From the NCBI RefSeq assembly GCF_001194135.2, contig NC_069006.1:25137507-25183791 (forward strand): a DNA stretch of 46,285 bases. Direction: 5' to 3'. A program made the position numbers and the translations under genes. The notes under the pieces were generated by a model. The model made no database searches, had not been told where the DNA came from, and saw only the letters and a list, made by a program, of their open reading frames with translations. Of the stretch, positions 23,931 through 36,440 are shown piece after piece. Numbering within the stretch: the stretch's first letter is position 1; each line of letters opens with the position of its first letter. Source of the DNA: Octopus bimaculoides. Lineage: Eukaryota.

Positions 23931-24458
23931 AAAAAAAACAGATACGTGTATGTGTGTGTGTTGTCTGAAAAAAAGGAGATAAGAAACTTGTTTATATAGT
24001 GAAAGCGGGGAGAGATTTAAATTTTATTTCAGAAAGAAGCAGACTTTACAGAGAAAGAAAAAAAAAAGAAAGAGAGAAAGAAGAGAGAAATGGTGACGGT
24101 GTTTGATGAAAAAGTAAATATTTGTTAATAATGTCATCGGGGTGAGAGTGTAATTGAACGTCGCTAAGTGCTATGTTGTTAACTGTGTTGTGATGTTTTA
24201 AGTGCTAGCAACACTTGCCGACCAGAGAGAGAAAAAAAGCCCACTGTAGCTGACAAATAAAAAGAAGGCTGGGCAGTCAGAGACGACGACAAACTAACAG
24301 AAGCCGTGCTTGGACTAGATAGATACATACTAATACTACTATAACAACAACCAATAAACTACTACTGCTGCTGTTAATCGGTGTTGTTTAGATTAGCATA
24401 TTAACAATCCACTAAATACGGCAAACAGTCAGGCTAATTTGACGGCCCACTCTCTTTG

Positions 24459-24492
<34 letters not shown>

Positions 24493-25100
24493 CCACATTT
24501 TAAGTACGTCTCTATTGCATAGAACAATAATTGCTTTCATTCTCTTTATATTTTCCAAAAAGCAATCAAACTGCAGCAGATTTGTTCTTTTTTGTTTTAA
24601 TTTTTACTTTTCAGGACAGAAGTTGCGACGTGACGTTCATGCCCGTCCCAAAAAGTACTGGCGACGATATATATATAGAATGTGACCCAATATCACTGGA
24701 AAGACGGATGAAAACCGGGCCACCGCGATCTTGGTTGGCGTGACTATACACACGTAACACACAACCAAAGCAGAAATGTAAACACACGGTGGTCGGTCGG
24801 TCGTTCACCTGACAGTGGCTGGAGTAGGATCACGATCGATCTGCGATTGGTCCCTTATCGATATTTTAATTGTAAAAAAAAAAAAAAAGCAAAAAAGAAA
24901 ACAGAACGAACGCATTGGATAAATATTTATGGTCCGAAATGTCCACTGGAATGTCTCTGATCATAGGATATACAACTGACTGTCGAAGATGACCTAGGGT
25001 TAAAAACAACGACAAAGGCGACGAGAGAGCTTCTTTGATCGATTGAAAATAACAGCAGACTCGACTTCAAATCACACAGTGCTGCCTGAAAATAAAGGAC

Positions 25101-25278
25101 ATCCTTCGAAGTCCCACAACTCTTGGGAAAGGAAAAAGGGTATATTTTCTTCCTCCATAATTTTATTTTAAAAACTATTCTTGTGTATCATACAACGGAA
25201 ATTCTGATTCTGAAATCCGCCACCCTCACAACTTCTGTACTCTGTTGCTTTCCCATGACGTGTGGGACTTCGAAGGAT
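25101..25278. mobile_element. 178-bp element with ~31-bp terminal inverted repeats (18 bp perfect): MITE-like
   Basis: ATCCTTCGAAGTCCCACA..TGGGAAAG at 25101 and CTTTCCCA..TGTGGGACTTCGAAGGAT ending at 25278. No clear target-site duplication. Confidence 0.6.
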
Positions 25279-25577
25279 AACTATTCTATTTATAAAACTT
25301 CGCCAGAAGGATAATGGAGTGACCGGTATATAAAATAAAACGCAAAAACGTGATGGTCACTGTTAGAATACTTTTGGAGTGGTCAAGCAATGACAAACTC
25401 AACCAGTTGGTCTGTAACAATTTTAGTCACAACACCCAACGATGGCATGGCTGGAATGTCTGCAGCTAACTTCTCCTTCACCGACCTTCGGACTCCGTCC
25501 CTTCCAAACCAAACAGATTAAACTCAGTACAGCAACTTTAATTACTTTGGATTAATAATGCCAATTAATGAATGAAG

Positions 25578-25795
25578 TAGGCGTGGCTGAGTGGTAAAAA
25601 GTTAACTTCTCGACCACAGGGCTCCGCGTTCAGTCCTACAGCATGGTACCTTGGGCAAGTGTCTTTTACTGTAGCCCCAGATCGATCAAAGCCCTGTAAG
25701 TGGAGCTGGTAGACAGAAACTGAAAGAAGCCCCTTTCGGTTAATATTCAAGGCGGTGCCCCAGTATGGCCGCAGTCTAATAACTGAAAGGAATAA
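25578..25795 (+). mobile_element. SINE family B with internal deletion
   Basis: GGCGTGGCTGAGTGGTAA...GCGTTCAGTCC...CCTTGGGCAAGTGTCTT...GGCGGTGCCCCAGTATGGCCGCAGTCTAA. Confidence 0.85.
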
Positions 25796-25983
25796 AAACA
25801 AAAAAGAAACAAAATCATAACGGAAGTCGACAAGAAGTGGGGGCGGAGTCCAGAGCACAGAAATAGAATCACGCGCACACGCATATGTTTGTGTATACAA
25901 AAACGGGAGTGGACAGAAAGTCACGCAAGTTCGTCTGGCTTCGAAGATAAAACTACCCTAAACAAAACAAACTTAATACGTGT

Positions 25984-26014
<31 letters not shown>

Positions 26015-26309
26015 CCTGCAAAGGATATAACATTTAATCATTTAATCCATAATCGTCAGTTCGACAAAATGCACTTTGTCGAACAAACGATTACGAATTA
26101 GATGTTTAATCTGAATTTTTCTATTCCAAGTGGCCGGACATTGCTTCCTTGAACTTCTACACACACACACACACTGCTATATTTTCTTCCATAACTGTCA
26201 ACTCTGAAGAGCGTAGGGTTATATAATTGGGCTGTTACCTAACATCTCGCTGAACCCCTAGTGCGAAACCGATTGGTAAGATCGGCTGTACCCTTTGATT
26301 AGTATATAC

Positions 26310-26340
<31 letters not shown>

Positions 26341-26439
26341 AAGAAATAATTGTGTTGTCACCTCTATCGCTCTCTTAGATAAAAAAAAATTTCTAAAATT
26401 ACAGTGAAGGCGATAATAATAATAATAATTATTATTATA

Positions 26440-26661
26440 ATTTCAAATTTTTTCCACAAGGGCAGCTTATGGGAGGTAGGGATGAGTCGATTACATTGAC
26501 CGCCCTCCTCTCCCTCGTGTTCAACTGGTACTTATTTTATCGACCCCGAAAGGATGAAAAACAAAGTCGACCTCGCCGGAATTTGAACTCAGAACGTAAA
26601 GACAGACGAAACGCCGCTAAGCATTTCGTCCAGCGTGCTAACGATTCTGCCAGCTCGCCGC
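26440..26661 (-). mobile_element. Near-intact tRNA-derived SINE family A between (AAT)n tracts
   Basis: Head GGCGAGCTGGCAGAATCGTTAG (box A), GAGTTCAAATTCC (box B), central TTTCATCCTTTCGGGGTCGATAAAATAAGTACCAG; CpGs intact, so probably young. Confidence 0.88.
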
Positions 26662-26699
<38 letters not shown>

Positions 26700-26947
26700 C
26701 AAACGAAAAAATTCCCCCGGGGAAGAGAATTGAATATATTTGCAGGTATGAAGTGATCCCAGGTCCTGGTGACTTAACTACAACCAGTTTAATAACAGCG
26801 AAAGACGGTTCGATGAAGAAGAGGCAGGGGAAAAAAAGAAAGAAAGAAAAGTGCTGGGAGGAGGAGGGGGAGGGGTGAGAAAAAGAAAAAGAAAAAAAAA
26901 TTGGAGAGGAGTTGAAAAGCGACCAAACATTGAAATGAACAGGAAAC

Positions 26948-27395
26948 NNNNNNNNNNNNNNNNNNNNNNNNNNNNNNNNNNNNNNNNNNNNNNNNNNNNN
27001 NNNNNNNNNNNNNNNNNNNNNNNNNNNNNNNNNNNNNNNNNNNNNNNNNNNNNNNNNNNNNNNNNNNNNNNNNNNNNNNNNNNNNNNNNNNNNNNNNNNN
27101 NNNNNNNNNNNNNNNNNNNNNNNNNNNNNNNNNNNNNNNNNNNNNNNNNNNNNNNNNNNNNNNNNNNNNNNNNNNNNNNNNNNNNNNNNNNNNNNNNNNN
27201 NNNNNNNNNNNNNNNNNNNNNNNNNNNNNNNNNNNNNNNNNNNNNNNNNNNNNNNNNNNNNNNNNNNNNNNNNNNNNNNNNNNNNNNNNNNNNNNNNNNN
27301 NNNNNNNNNNNNNNNNNNNNNNNNNNNNNNNNNNNNNNNNNNNNNNNNNNNNNNNNNNNNNNNNNNNNNNNNNNNNNNNNNNNNNNNNNNNNNNN
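26948..27395. other. Assembly gap (N-run)
   Basis: 448 N. Confidence 1.
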
Positions 27396-28853
27396 GGTGG
27401 AATGGCTGAGAATTAGAGTAAATTAACAGCGAGGAACAACCTCATTTACCGACTGATCAAACCAATACTCAGTCACTCTTCTCCCCACCCTCTTGATATG
27501 ATACCAGCAGTAGCAAGCCCTCCCCCTCCCACCCTCTACCATCCAACCATCCTCCACCGTTGACAATTGCTACAGATGTTTTTGTACACAAACCCTGCTA
27601 TCAGTCTTTTAATCCTGTGTTGAATATTCTCTAATATTGATTTCTTTCAACACATATCCTCTAAACACACACACACACACACACCATCTTTCGTGGAAAC
27701 CTCCGCTTCTTTCCCTCCAGCACTTGGCTTCGTCGTTCTCCCTCATCTTCAAAAACCTATCGCTTCTTCCAACAAAGCTTTCTTTTCTCCTCTGCACCGA
27801 TTCCGTGTGTGTGTGTGTGTGAACTACCAGCGAGGAAAAAAGCCTATAGACATTTAGTTCCAAAAGGAAATGAAATCGAGTTGGATAATTTCCTTAATTT
27901 TAAACAGTTACAGATCACAAACTAAGAGTGTGGTGTGCATATATGAGGGAGGAAGGGAGAGAAAGACTGCGTGTGTGTGTTTGAGAGAGAGAGTGAGTGA
28001 GAGAGAGAGAGATAGGCAGACTACGTTTGGTTGCTAGTTACAAAGTTACAAATCTTGTTATTATTCTAAGATTCAATGAAATGCCAGACTGGAAAACAGA
28101 CTCCCAGTTTTCTGCCAACAACAAGAAGAACCAGCTAGCCCTTACTAAACTCCCCAAATATTGTTATTCATCTGAACATTATAGATCTCTCCCTCGTAAT
28201 AAACGAGGTTATTATTCATTCAGGAGACACACAACCAATAGCCTAACTCCCCCCACTCCACCCCGACCCCTCTAACCTTTAACCTTGCAGTGTTAGGCAA
28301 TCACTCGTCCTTGTTTTACCATTATTCGTTGTCTTTCAATGCAAGCATTCCCCGGCGAAGGTGGCCGAGTCTTTCACAGACAGCATCGACTTTGCTAGAG
28401 GCCGGCAAATACAGGGAATGAATATAGTCTCAGTTGTAGACCTTTACAACTAACAGCTAATTCAACTTCGCCACTACACATATGCCTAATAAAATTCTTT
28501 ATCCGCACAATATAAGTTAATCAAAAAGCCATAAAGCCATTCTTTCGGCTGGGTTTTACGACCAGTTTTGAGCTGAATACAATTTCTTTAATACAATTCA
28601 AACTCGGCCTCGTAAAATATGCATCAATACATTTTAGGGAGGGGGGGGGAAGCGGCGGCGGCGGAGGTTAGTGGAGGTGATAGAGGTAGCGAGAGGCTGG
28701 TGGGAAAGAAAGACGTAATATTCATGGAGATTATTATTCCCCTATTTCTTTATTTTCTTTCAGCGTTTATTTATTTATATTGGCTCAAAGTGGAACAACA
28801 GAATTAAAACCTAACCGCCAGTACATATATATATATATATCAGTGAACTGTTC

Positions 28854-29054
28854 NNNNNNNNNNNNNNNNNNNNNNNNNNNNNNNNNNNNNNNNNNNNNNN
28901 NNNNNNNNNNNNNNNNNNNNNNNNNNNNNNNNNNNNNNNNNNNNNNNNNNNNNNNNNNNNNNNNNNNNNNNNNNNNNNNNNNNNNNNNNNNNNNNNNNNN
29001 NNNNNNNNNNNNNNNNNNNNNNNNNNNNNNNNNNNNNNNNNNNNNNNNNNNNNN
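28854..29054. other. Assembly gap (N-run)
   Basis: 201 N. Confidence 1.
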
Positions 29055-29942
29055 TTCACAGTGGGAAAGTAATCCTAAGACCAACAGCATAGCTCTGACT
29101 GAAGCTTACTGTGAACTGTTTGATCTTGTGCGAGTCTCTGAGAAACTTGTTTAGCCAGGGCAGAAACAGAACAGAAATGGTTATTGGGTACAAGTGTGTA
29201 CTTTACAACACAGACTTCTATAGAGAGATTGCCTGACAATTGTTTGGTGTCTGTAGCAGCAAATGGCTGTACTTTAAACAGTTCTTCACCAAAAAGTTTT
29301 GCTTTTTTTTTTTTTTGTTCCTCGTCAGTTTTTGGCACAATGACAAAGCAATTCTGATTCCAAGGTTAACCAAATTACTTCTTCAGTTTCCTTTCCTGGT
29401 TCCATTCTGTTAGGATAAATAAAAGCCATTGCAGAAACTCGCAGCTTCCGAATATACCGTCTTTGAAACCCTGAGCAAAAGCACTCCATTGAGCCAGTTT
29501 GATATTTAGAGGTCCTCAAATTGTTCAACCGCTGACCTAAGGAAGTCAGAAATTTAAAAGGAACCTTTACATTAAACAAAAAAACATTGGATAAACTCCT
29601 AACGATGGTACCAGACTCAGAGAAGATGACCAGCTTGAGACTCAATCAGAGACCCACTTCCTGCCACAAAGTGACAAGAAAACTAGTAGGATATAAGTTC
29701 AAGTGGTGCTCCAGCATGGCTGAAACCATTAACGGAATAAAAGAACCGGGATCAATTGATTGTGTGTGTGTGTGTGTGTGAGTCACATTTGAATTAGGAA
29801 ATGTGAATAGAAACAGAACATTACTCTTCTCATTACACTAACGACAACAATATAAAGAAGCCGAACATTAACAAAATTGCTATCCGCACCTCTCCCCTAA
29901 CACTGTTTCTATACAATGTACTTGGTCTCTCTATGCTTTAAC

Positions 29943-30201
29943 CCACCAGTTCTCAATTGTGGCCCATATGGCCCTTCAAAGGCCACATAACATTTCACTG
30001 TTAAAGTCTATGAGCAATAGATTGCCTATACTTCTCCAACACACAAAATATTTAAACAGTTTTTTTTTTTTATGCAATTCCTTATATTTAAATATAAAAA
30101 TATAATGGGACTTTTTTTTTTAAACATTAAATGTTTATTAGGGTCCAGTAAAATAAGAACCAAAGGGGTCAATAAGTGAAAAAAATGGTTGAGAACCACT
30201 G
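29943..30201. mobile_element. hAT-like MITE relic
   Basis: Right end GGTTGAGAACCACTG and a degenerate left end CAGTTCTCAA resemble CAGTGGTTCTCAA hAT/Charlie termini. Related left ends occur at ~4385 and ~10441. Confidence 0.45.
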
Positions 30202-31864
30202 CTTGACCCCTTCAAATATATTGCTTATTTACTCACATTGTTTTCAATTAATTAAGCATCATCGGATAGTTTTGACATTTCAATGATTGTTTATTTTTAA
30301 AAATGACATTGTAGGGTAAGCCCCAGCATGGCCGCAGTCTAATGGCTGAAACAGGTGAAGGATAAAAAGACAAAAGATGACAGATAGCCTCGGAGCACTG
30401 CACTAACAAAATTTAATTATAATTGATACATTTATTGTAGATTATTCTGGAAAAACTGTCTATTTATGTTGACAGACTGTCCTTTCTAAACTGCTTTGAA
30501 CCCAGAGTGCAGCAGTAGAGTCCATTGTGCTATGAGAATGTGAATTTAATATTCATGCCATTCAGCCTGATCAGAGATGTAGAGGAGACGCACAGACAGA
30601 CGTTATGAATTATTCAGTATCTGAGAAGAGAATGTAACCCAGCAAGTCCAGTGAAGCACAGCAGAACTGTAACTTTTGACACACGGTTCATAAATAGCAG
30701 TCCAATTCACTGCTATGGTGTCAGCAGTTTAATGAACTAGCATAGAAAATTACTTGCCAACACCAGATCAATTAATAGGTAGATCACGGTGGCCAACTGA
30801 AAGCCAGAAGAATCTTAACACAAGAAAAACAAAAACTTCTTTGTCAATGTTATCTTAACAGTAATTGGTAATTAACAGAGCGACTTATAATTACGCGGTG
30901 AATTATTGACTTATTATATATAATAATCCAACAATAGCCCGATATCTTTTTACTAACTCTGCCGCTGTCATTAGCATTTGTCTCCATTATGAGTGGCTAC
31001 AATTGACAACGCTGCCAATCCCAACTACTTTACAGAAAAGAGAAAGTCAATAAAATTTGATACAAGCAAAGCTAATTACCAAAACAAGACTACAATGAAA
31101 TGTTGGCTGGGAACAACCATTTTGATGATTGCTTTGGCCACAAAAGAGCCATCTCGGAGAACATTAAGCACCAATAACTACAGAAAATTCCACCAACCAC
31201 ACACCATACACATATATATACATATACACACATGCACATATATACATACATACACATATATATATATCTATTGTCGGCATTTCTGCACGTGTCCTTGCTG
31301 TAGACAGAGAAAGATCAAAGATAATTATTCGTTTTTTTAGTATTTTTGTTTTAGCCATTGACAAAGCTGGACATTACAGAAAAGGAGGAGGGAAGGAGAG
31401 AGAGAGGGAGGGCGAGAGAGGAAGGGCCCTCTTGGCACCTTGCTCATGATTACGAAGGCAGCTAGATTGATGGACAACCAACCTTAGCTCCGCTGAATCG
31501 TTTTTGTGCTCAGGTAAACAGAATGCTAAACTTCAAGACACGTTTATGCAATAGAATTAAAGAATTAGTTACAAAAAAAAATTTAAAAAAAAAAAAAAAA
31601 ATCACAACACTGAGTTGGTTTGGTTGGGGGGTGGGGCGGAAGAAGACAAATCAAAGGTTGACTAAAAATGGGGGTATTTAGTGTATCAATAGATTTATTA
31701 GAATTCAGAGAGTCATAAAATGGCCGACAGAACTAATTAACTGTAAAGCTAACGAGGACAAGAGATCAAGCATAAGAGAAAAATAGCTAGAAATATTGAC
31801 ATAGATACTTGGTTAATATATATACACACATATATACACACACACACACATATATATATATATA

Positions 31865-32065
31865 GAAGGCGTGCTGGCAGAATTTTTAGCATGCTGGACA
31901 AAATGCTTAGCAGCATTTTATACATCATTATGTTCTGAGATCAAATTCCGCTGAGGTCAACTTTGCAGCCATCCTTTTGGGGTCAATAAAACAAGTACCA
32001 GCTGGTCACTGGGGTCAATGTAATTGGCTTAGCCCCTCCCCCCAAAATTGCTGGCCTCATGTCGA
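31865..32065 (+). mobile_element. SINE family A
   Basis: GGCGTGCTGGCAGAATTTTTAGC...GAGATCAAATTCC...GGGGTCAATAAAACAAGTACCAG. Confidence 0.85.
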
Positions 32066-32094
32066 AATGTGAAACCAAGAAAACTTGTCAAGTC

Positions 32095-32325
32095 AAGAGA
32101 GATCGTACTTATGGCCATTGCCCGTGTCATGTAAATGGCACCCATGCCGGTGGCACATAGAAAGCACCTGTAACACTCTTCGAGTGGTTGGCATGTTAGG
32201 AAGGACATCTAACCATAGAAACCCTGCCAAATCAGACAGGAACCTGATGCAGCTCTCCAGCTTACCAGTTCCAGCCAAACTGTTTTAATCCATACCAAAA
32301 TGATGATGATGATGATGATGATGAT
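32095..32325 (+). mobile_element. SINE 3' module D ending in (GAT)n
   Basis: GTGGTTGGCATGTTAGGAAGGACATCTAACC... followed by (GAT)n. Confidence 0.78.
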
Positions 32326-35300
32326 CTATATATACATACATATATAAACACACAACACACACATCTCACAAAAAAGAATTAGAACAGGTAAAACACATTC
32401 TATTCTTTACTTTTTGAGATTTTTATTCGCATTCTTAGCAGCTTTAATTGCTAAACCTCGAGTTCCATGTTGACAGTCAGCTTATTGAAATTCCTTAAAA
32501 CTTCAATATGGGACGAAATATGAGACTTATGATACAAATTAATGCTTTTTATTGTATATTGTCCACCTTTTGTCATCAATACTAATTGCAAAAGTGCGTT
32601 AAGCTTACTAACATCCTACACTTGGACACCTGGATCACACTCTCACTCTTTCTATACACACACACATGGTTAATATATACGTTTAAACATTGTTGGTGTA
32701 TATATTTATATATGTTTAACGTAAACACATACATGGTAAATAGAAACACCTATACATATTAATATAAACGATTATACATGTTAAATATATACATTTATAC
32801 ATGCAGTCATACGTAATGTAACAACAAAAGTTGGGACGAGGGAAGGAAAAAAAACAAAACAAACTCTTTTATTTAATGCAAACAAACGGTATATTATATA
32901 TTCCACAGTTTGTGACTACTGCAGTAAAGTCATTACAAGGTGTGGAATAAATAAACAGTTGTGGAGAGAGAAAGATTTCTGTTTTTTCACCGAAATCTAC
33001 AAAAACCCAACATCGTTTTTAATGACCGTATGCAAATTCCTCAGCCATAAAATAATATATTGCTACACATTCCATTAGCATGACACTTTCATGTTTAGTT
33101 ACTAATAAACTAATCGTAGAAAAAGAGCCACTAAACCTACAAAGTACAAACAACAAAGAAAGAACCGGTGTAGTGAGAGATAGGAGAATGTTTGCTTGAA
33201 GCAAAGATAATTTAATCTGTTTTCAAATTTTGACATAAGAACTAGGAACCCATCTGATACGTTTAATGGATAGACACAAGAGTATGTTGGGAAATTCTAA
33301 TCAGTCACAGTAAATTAATGTTTATACACAGCCATTACGGGGATTTAGTGTTGATTATAGTTCTTTGTTATGTTCCTTGTTGTCTGGTACCATAGCTAAA
33401 ACTCAGGTGATACTACAGTTTGGTTTACAATACTTAATATATATATATATATACATACATACATGAAACGTAGATCAAGTATGATAAAGAGATTACACAA
33501 TAGCAGTAAAAAGGTTTTAGAATTTGGTAAATTAAATGGAGCCAGTGAGATTGGCGCTATTTAAGTGGTTGGTCAACAGTCTACAGTGCATGCTGTTTTA
33601 AAGTATCAGCTTAAAACATATTCGGCCGAAATAGCTTCCTCTCTGACCAGGGAGTTCCTTACCGAACTAAACAACAAATTCATTGTCCATTATCCAAACC
33701 TACAGCAACAAGTGTTGGATGTTTTCTGTTTGGATGTACAGTAAAAATGTGTAAGAGTTTTACAGCTGGATGCCAGCTTAATCCAACCATAAAATGGAGC
33801 TTAATAACCCAATCGGTTGAAGTAGTTTAACATAGAAGTGGCCATTACCCAACCATTCAGGCGAACAATGTTGGCGATTTTCAAATTAACTAAAATGTTA
33901 TTAGATGATCTAATATAGTAATACTGTATTTACTTTAACAATGCTAACCCCTATAACCTGTAACTGGAACTTACCGTTGACACCATGTGTTTCATTCAGT
34001 CACTGCATTCTATTTAATTACATGGAAATGGAATTCTTTTTTTTTTTTTTTTTGCAATTTTACGATATTTCATAATTAAACTTTTTAATATTTAACACTC
34101 CTTGAAACCATGTCAAAGATACAGAATAAAATATTTTCTCAAATTATGAAAATGTACCACCAGGGATTGCATGTAGTGGCTAAGTGAAGTCTGTGATGAA
34201 CCACCGGTGGTCCATGTGGCAGTGAATGTGGTAAAGACAGCTGAGACTGCCAAACTATTTTCTGGGAGTCAATCACATGATGGAAACACCCAAATTAAAC
34301 TTAGGACCCCTAACCAAAAAACCCTCATCCAGAAAGGGCTCACCAGACAAACTAAAAGCTTCACTATCATGAAATACAAATGGATTGAAAGCAGCTATGT
34401 CATTGTATGAGGGCTAAACTTGGGAAATGCTTTCAACTGCCATCCCTAAAAATTGGTTCTTCCTGCTTGAAAGGCATCACATGGAAAGGAAAATTTACAA
34501 ACTACATCTGTCTAGCTTAGCAGTTCTTGCTGACATTACCATTCCCCTCAAAAGTCGAGAAAGACCAGACCACCTTTGAAGTAAGGACTGTACTGAATAA
34601 CTTGGTACAATTACAGAAAATGCGAAAATGAGTGGATCACTGGCTTGGGAAACACACACACACAGACACAGACACTAGCAATGATGTAACTCAATAAATG
34701 ATGCTTTTCCGTTCAGCCATTTAGTCAAACAGACTCCATTGAACAATTGAAATATGTCTACTGGGATCAAACAGTTGGAGAAAAAACCTCAGTAGTCATA
34801 CAGCTACACATACACTTGTAGCCAGCTATATATATACACACACACATACACTCTTGAATATATGACTACAAATGTATAACATATATCACACACATTTATA
34901 ATAAATATACACACACACACACACAAATATCAGATAGTAAATTTCTATTAGAATGCATTAATTTTCAACAAGTGCTGGAAGATGATCTCAAGCAATAAAC
35001 TCTTAAAAACCAGTTGGAAAAAAAAAAATTTTTTTTTTTTTTTTTTTTTTTTTGGTAACGATAATCTGGCACCAGAATTCTTTGAGACTGTACCAGAAAA
35101 CCTCTGCATCACAGCTTAAATCCCAGTTATGCAGCGACCAAAGCCTTCATGATGCCCCCCCCCCTTTTAGGCACGTCTAGGGGCCTTAATACCCTCTAAT
35201 TCTACATAATAAACTGGAATAGTTTCCATGTTAAGACCAAATCTTCACACTTTGAAGAATGTTCGAAATAAGAAGGAATTATCTATGACAACCAGATAAA

Positions 35301-36292
35301 AAAAATATATAAAAAAAGTGCTTTATTTATTTCATGAGTTTTTAATGCTATAAACAGCAATGTATCTCATTAAGACAATAATCTACCATGGAGCTGAAGC
35401 TCAACTTAATCCTATTAATGGTGCACCCACAGGAAAGACTTGGATAAAATAAATCACTTTTTATCATCTCATTTTCCAATCAGTAGAGATTTACCTTTTC
35501 ATTTTTTCTTTTCCGTTGATGTTTTTTTTATCCTCATCTTATTCATTTTCTTTTTCCCTTCTTCTTTTTTTTTTTTCAATTATGACATTGACTTAGTCTT
35601 GAACCGTGTCCAGAAATATCTCCACAAAATTTCAAACTCTTTGGCTAACGATCCTGGCAACATTTTTACTTACTGGCAAACTCATTAGTGTCAGACAAAA
35701 CGAACCAGCAGTTTCTCAGATTTACTGAATACCAACAGAATCGGAAATGAAAACAAAATCCTGCAAAGACATTAGTTATCTTCTGCAGAGTCCTAAAGTC
35801 AACGAAGACCCAGTGAGCACAACTGATGGATGGAAACTGTAAGGAAGACCAGCCATAGGTGTGTGGTTCAAATGTTCCCATCATTTTCGGTACAGTCCCA
35901 CAGCATGGCTCCTAGAGGAAGTATGTCCACCTATTGCTCCAGCTGGACCCATGCTTTGCCAGTGAGTTTGATTAATGTGAAATGTATACAGCCAACTGCA
36001 TATGTGTGTGCATGCGCACATGCACAAATGTGCAAGGATATTGGTATTTCGTCTGTCCCCATGTATGTATAAGTGATAGCTTAGTGGCTGTCGATGTCCT
36101 TTTTTGACTTTGCAACTGGTCCCTCTGTGCTTTTGAAGACCTGTAGAATATGAAATCGCTTACCTGAAAAAACCAGGTGAGGGTTGATGACGAGAAGAGC
36201 ATCCAGCCATGAAATCCTGCCTGAAAATCAATTGTCTATCCAAGACTTGCCAGCATGGGGGTAAATACGGCTGTTGAACAACAGGAACAATA

Positions 36293-36440
36293 CACACACA
36301 CACACACACACACGTATATATGTACATGCACACACACATATACAGGTATACATATACATACACACATGCATATACACATCCACATACGTATACATATATG
36401 CACACATGCATGTGTATATACACATACACACATACACATG
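36293..36440. repeat. Compound (CA)n/(CATA)n microsatellite; reads as (UG)n on the RERE pre-mRNA
   Basis: Seen directly. One of dozens of (AC)n, (AG)n, (AT)n, (AAT)n and (GAT)n runs across the window. Confidence 0.9.

Noticed and set aside
24790-24840. GGTCGGTCGT...ACGATCGATC hairpin as a pre-miRNA
   Set aside because: About 13 pairs, dependent on G-U on the antisense strand; too short for a miRNA precursor.
26580-26661. tRNA genes
   Set aside because: Box A/B-like motifs belong to SINE heads that continue into SINE bodies; no complete cloverleaf was seen.
34217-34252. TGGCAGT...ACTGCCA hairpin starting with a miR-34-like seed
   Set aside because: Only a 7-bp stem, and the rest does not match miR-34 or a pre-miRNA length duplex.
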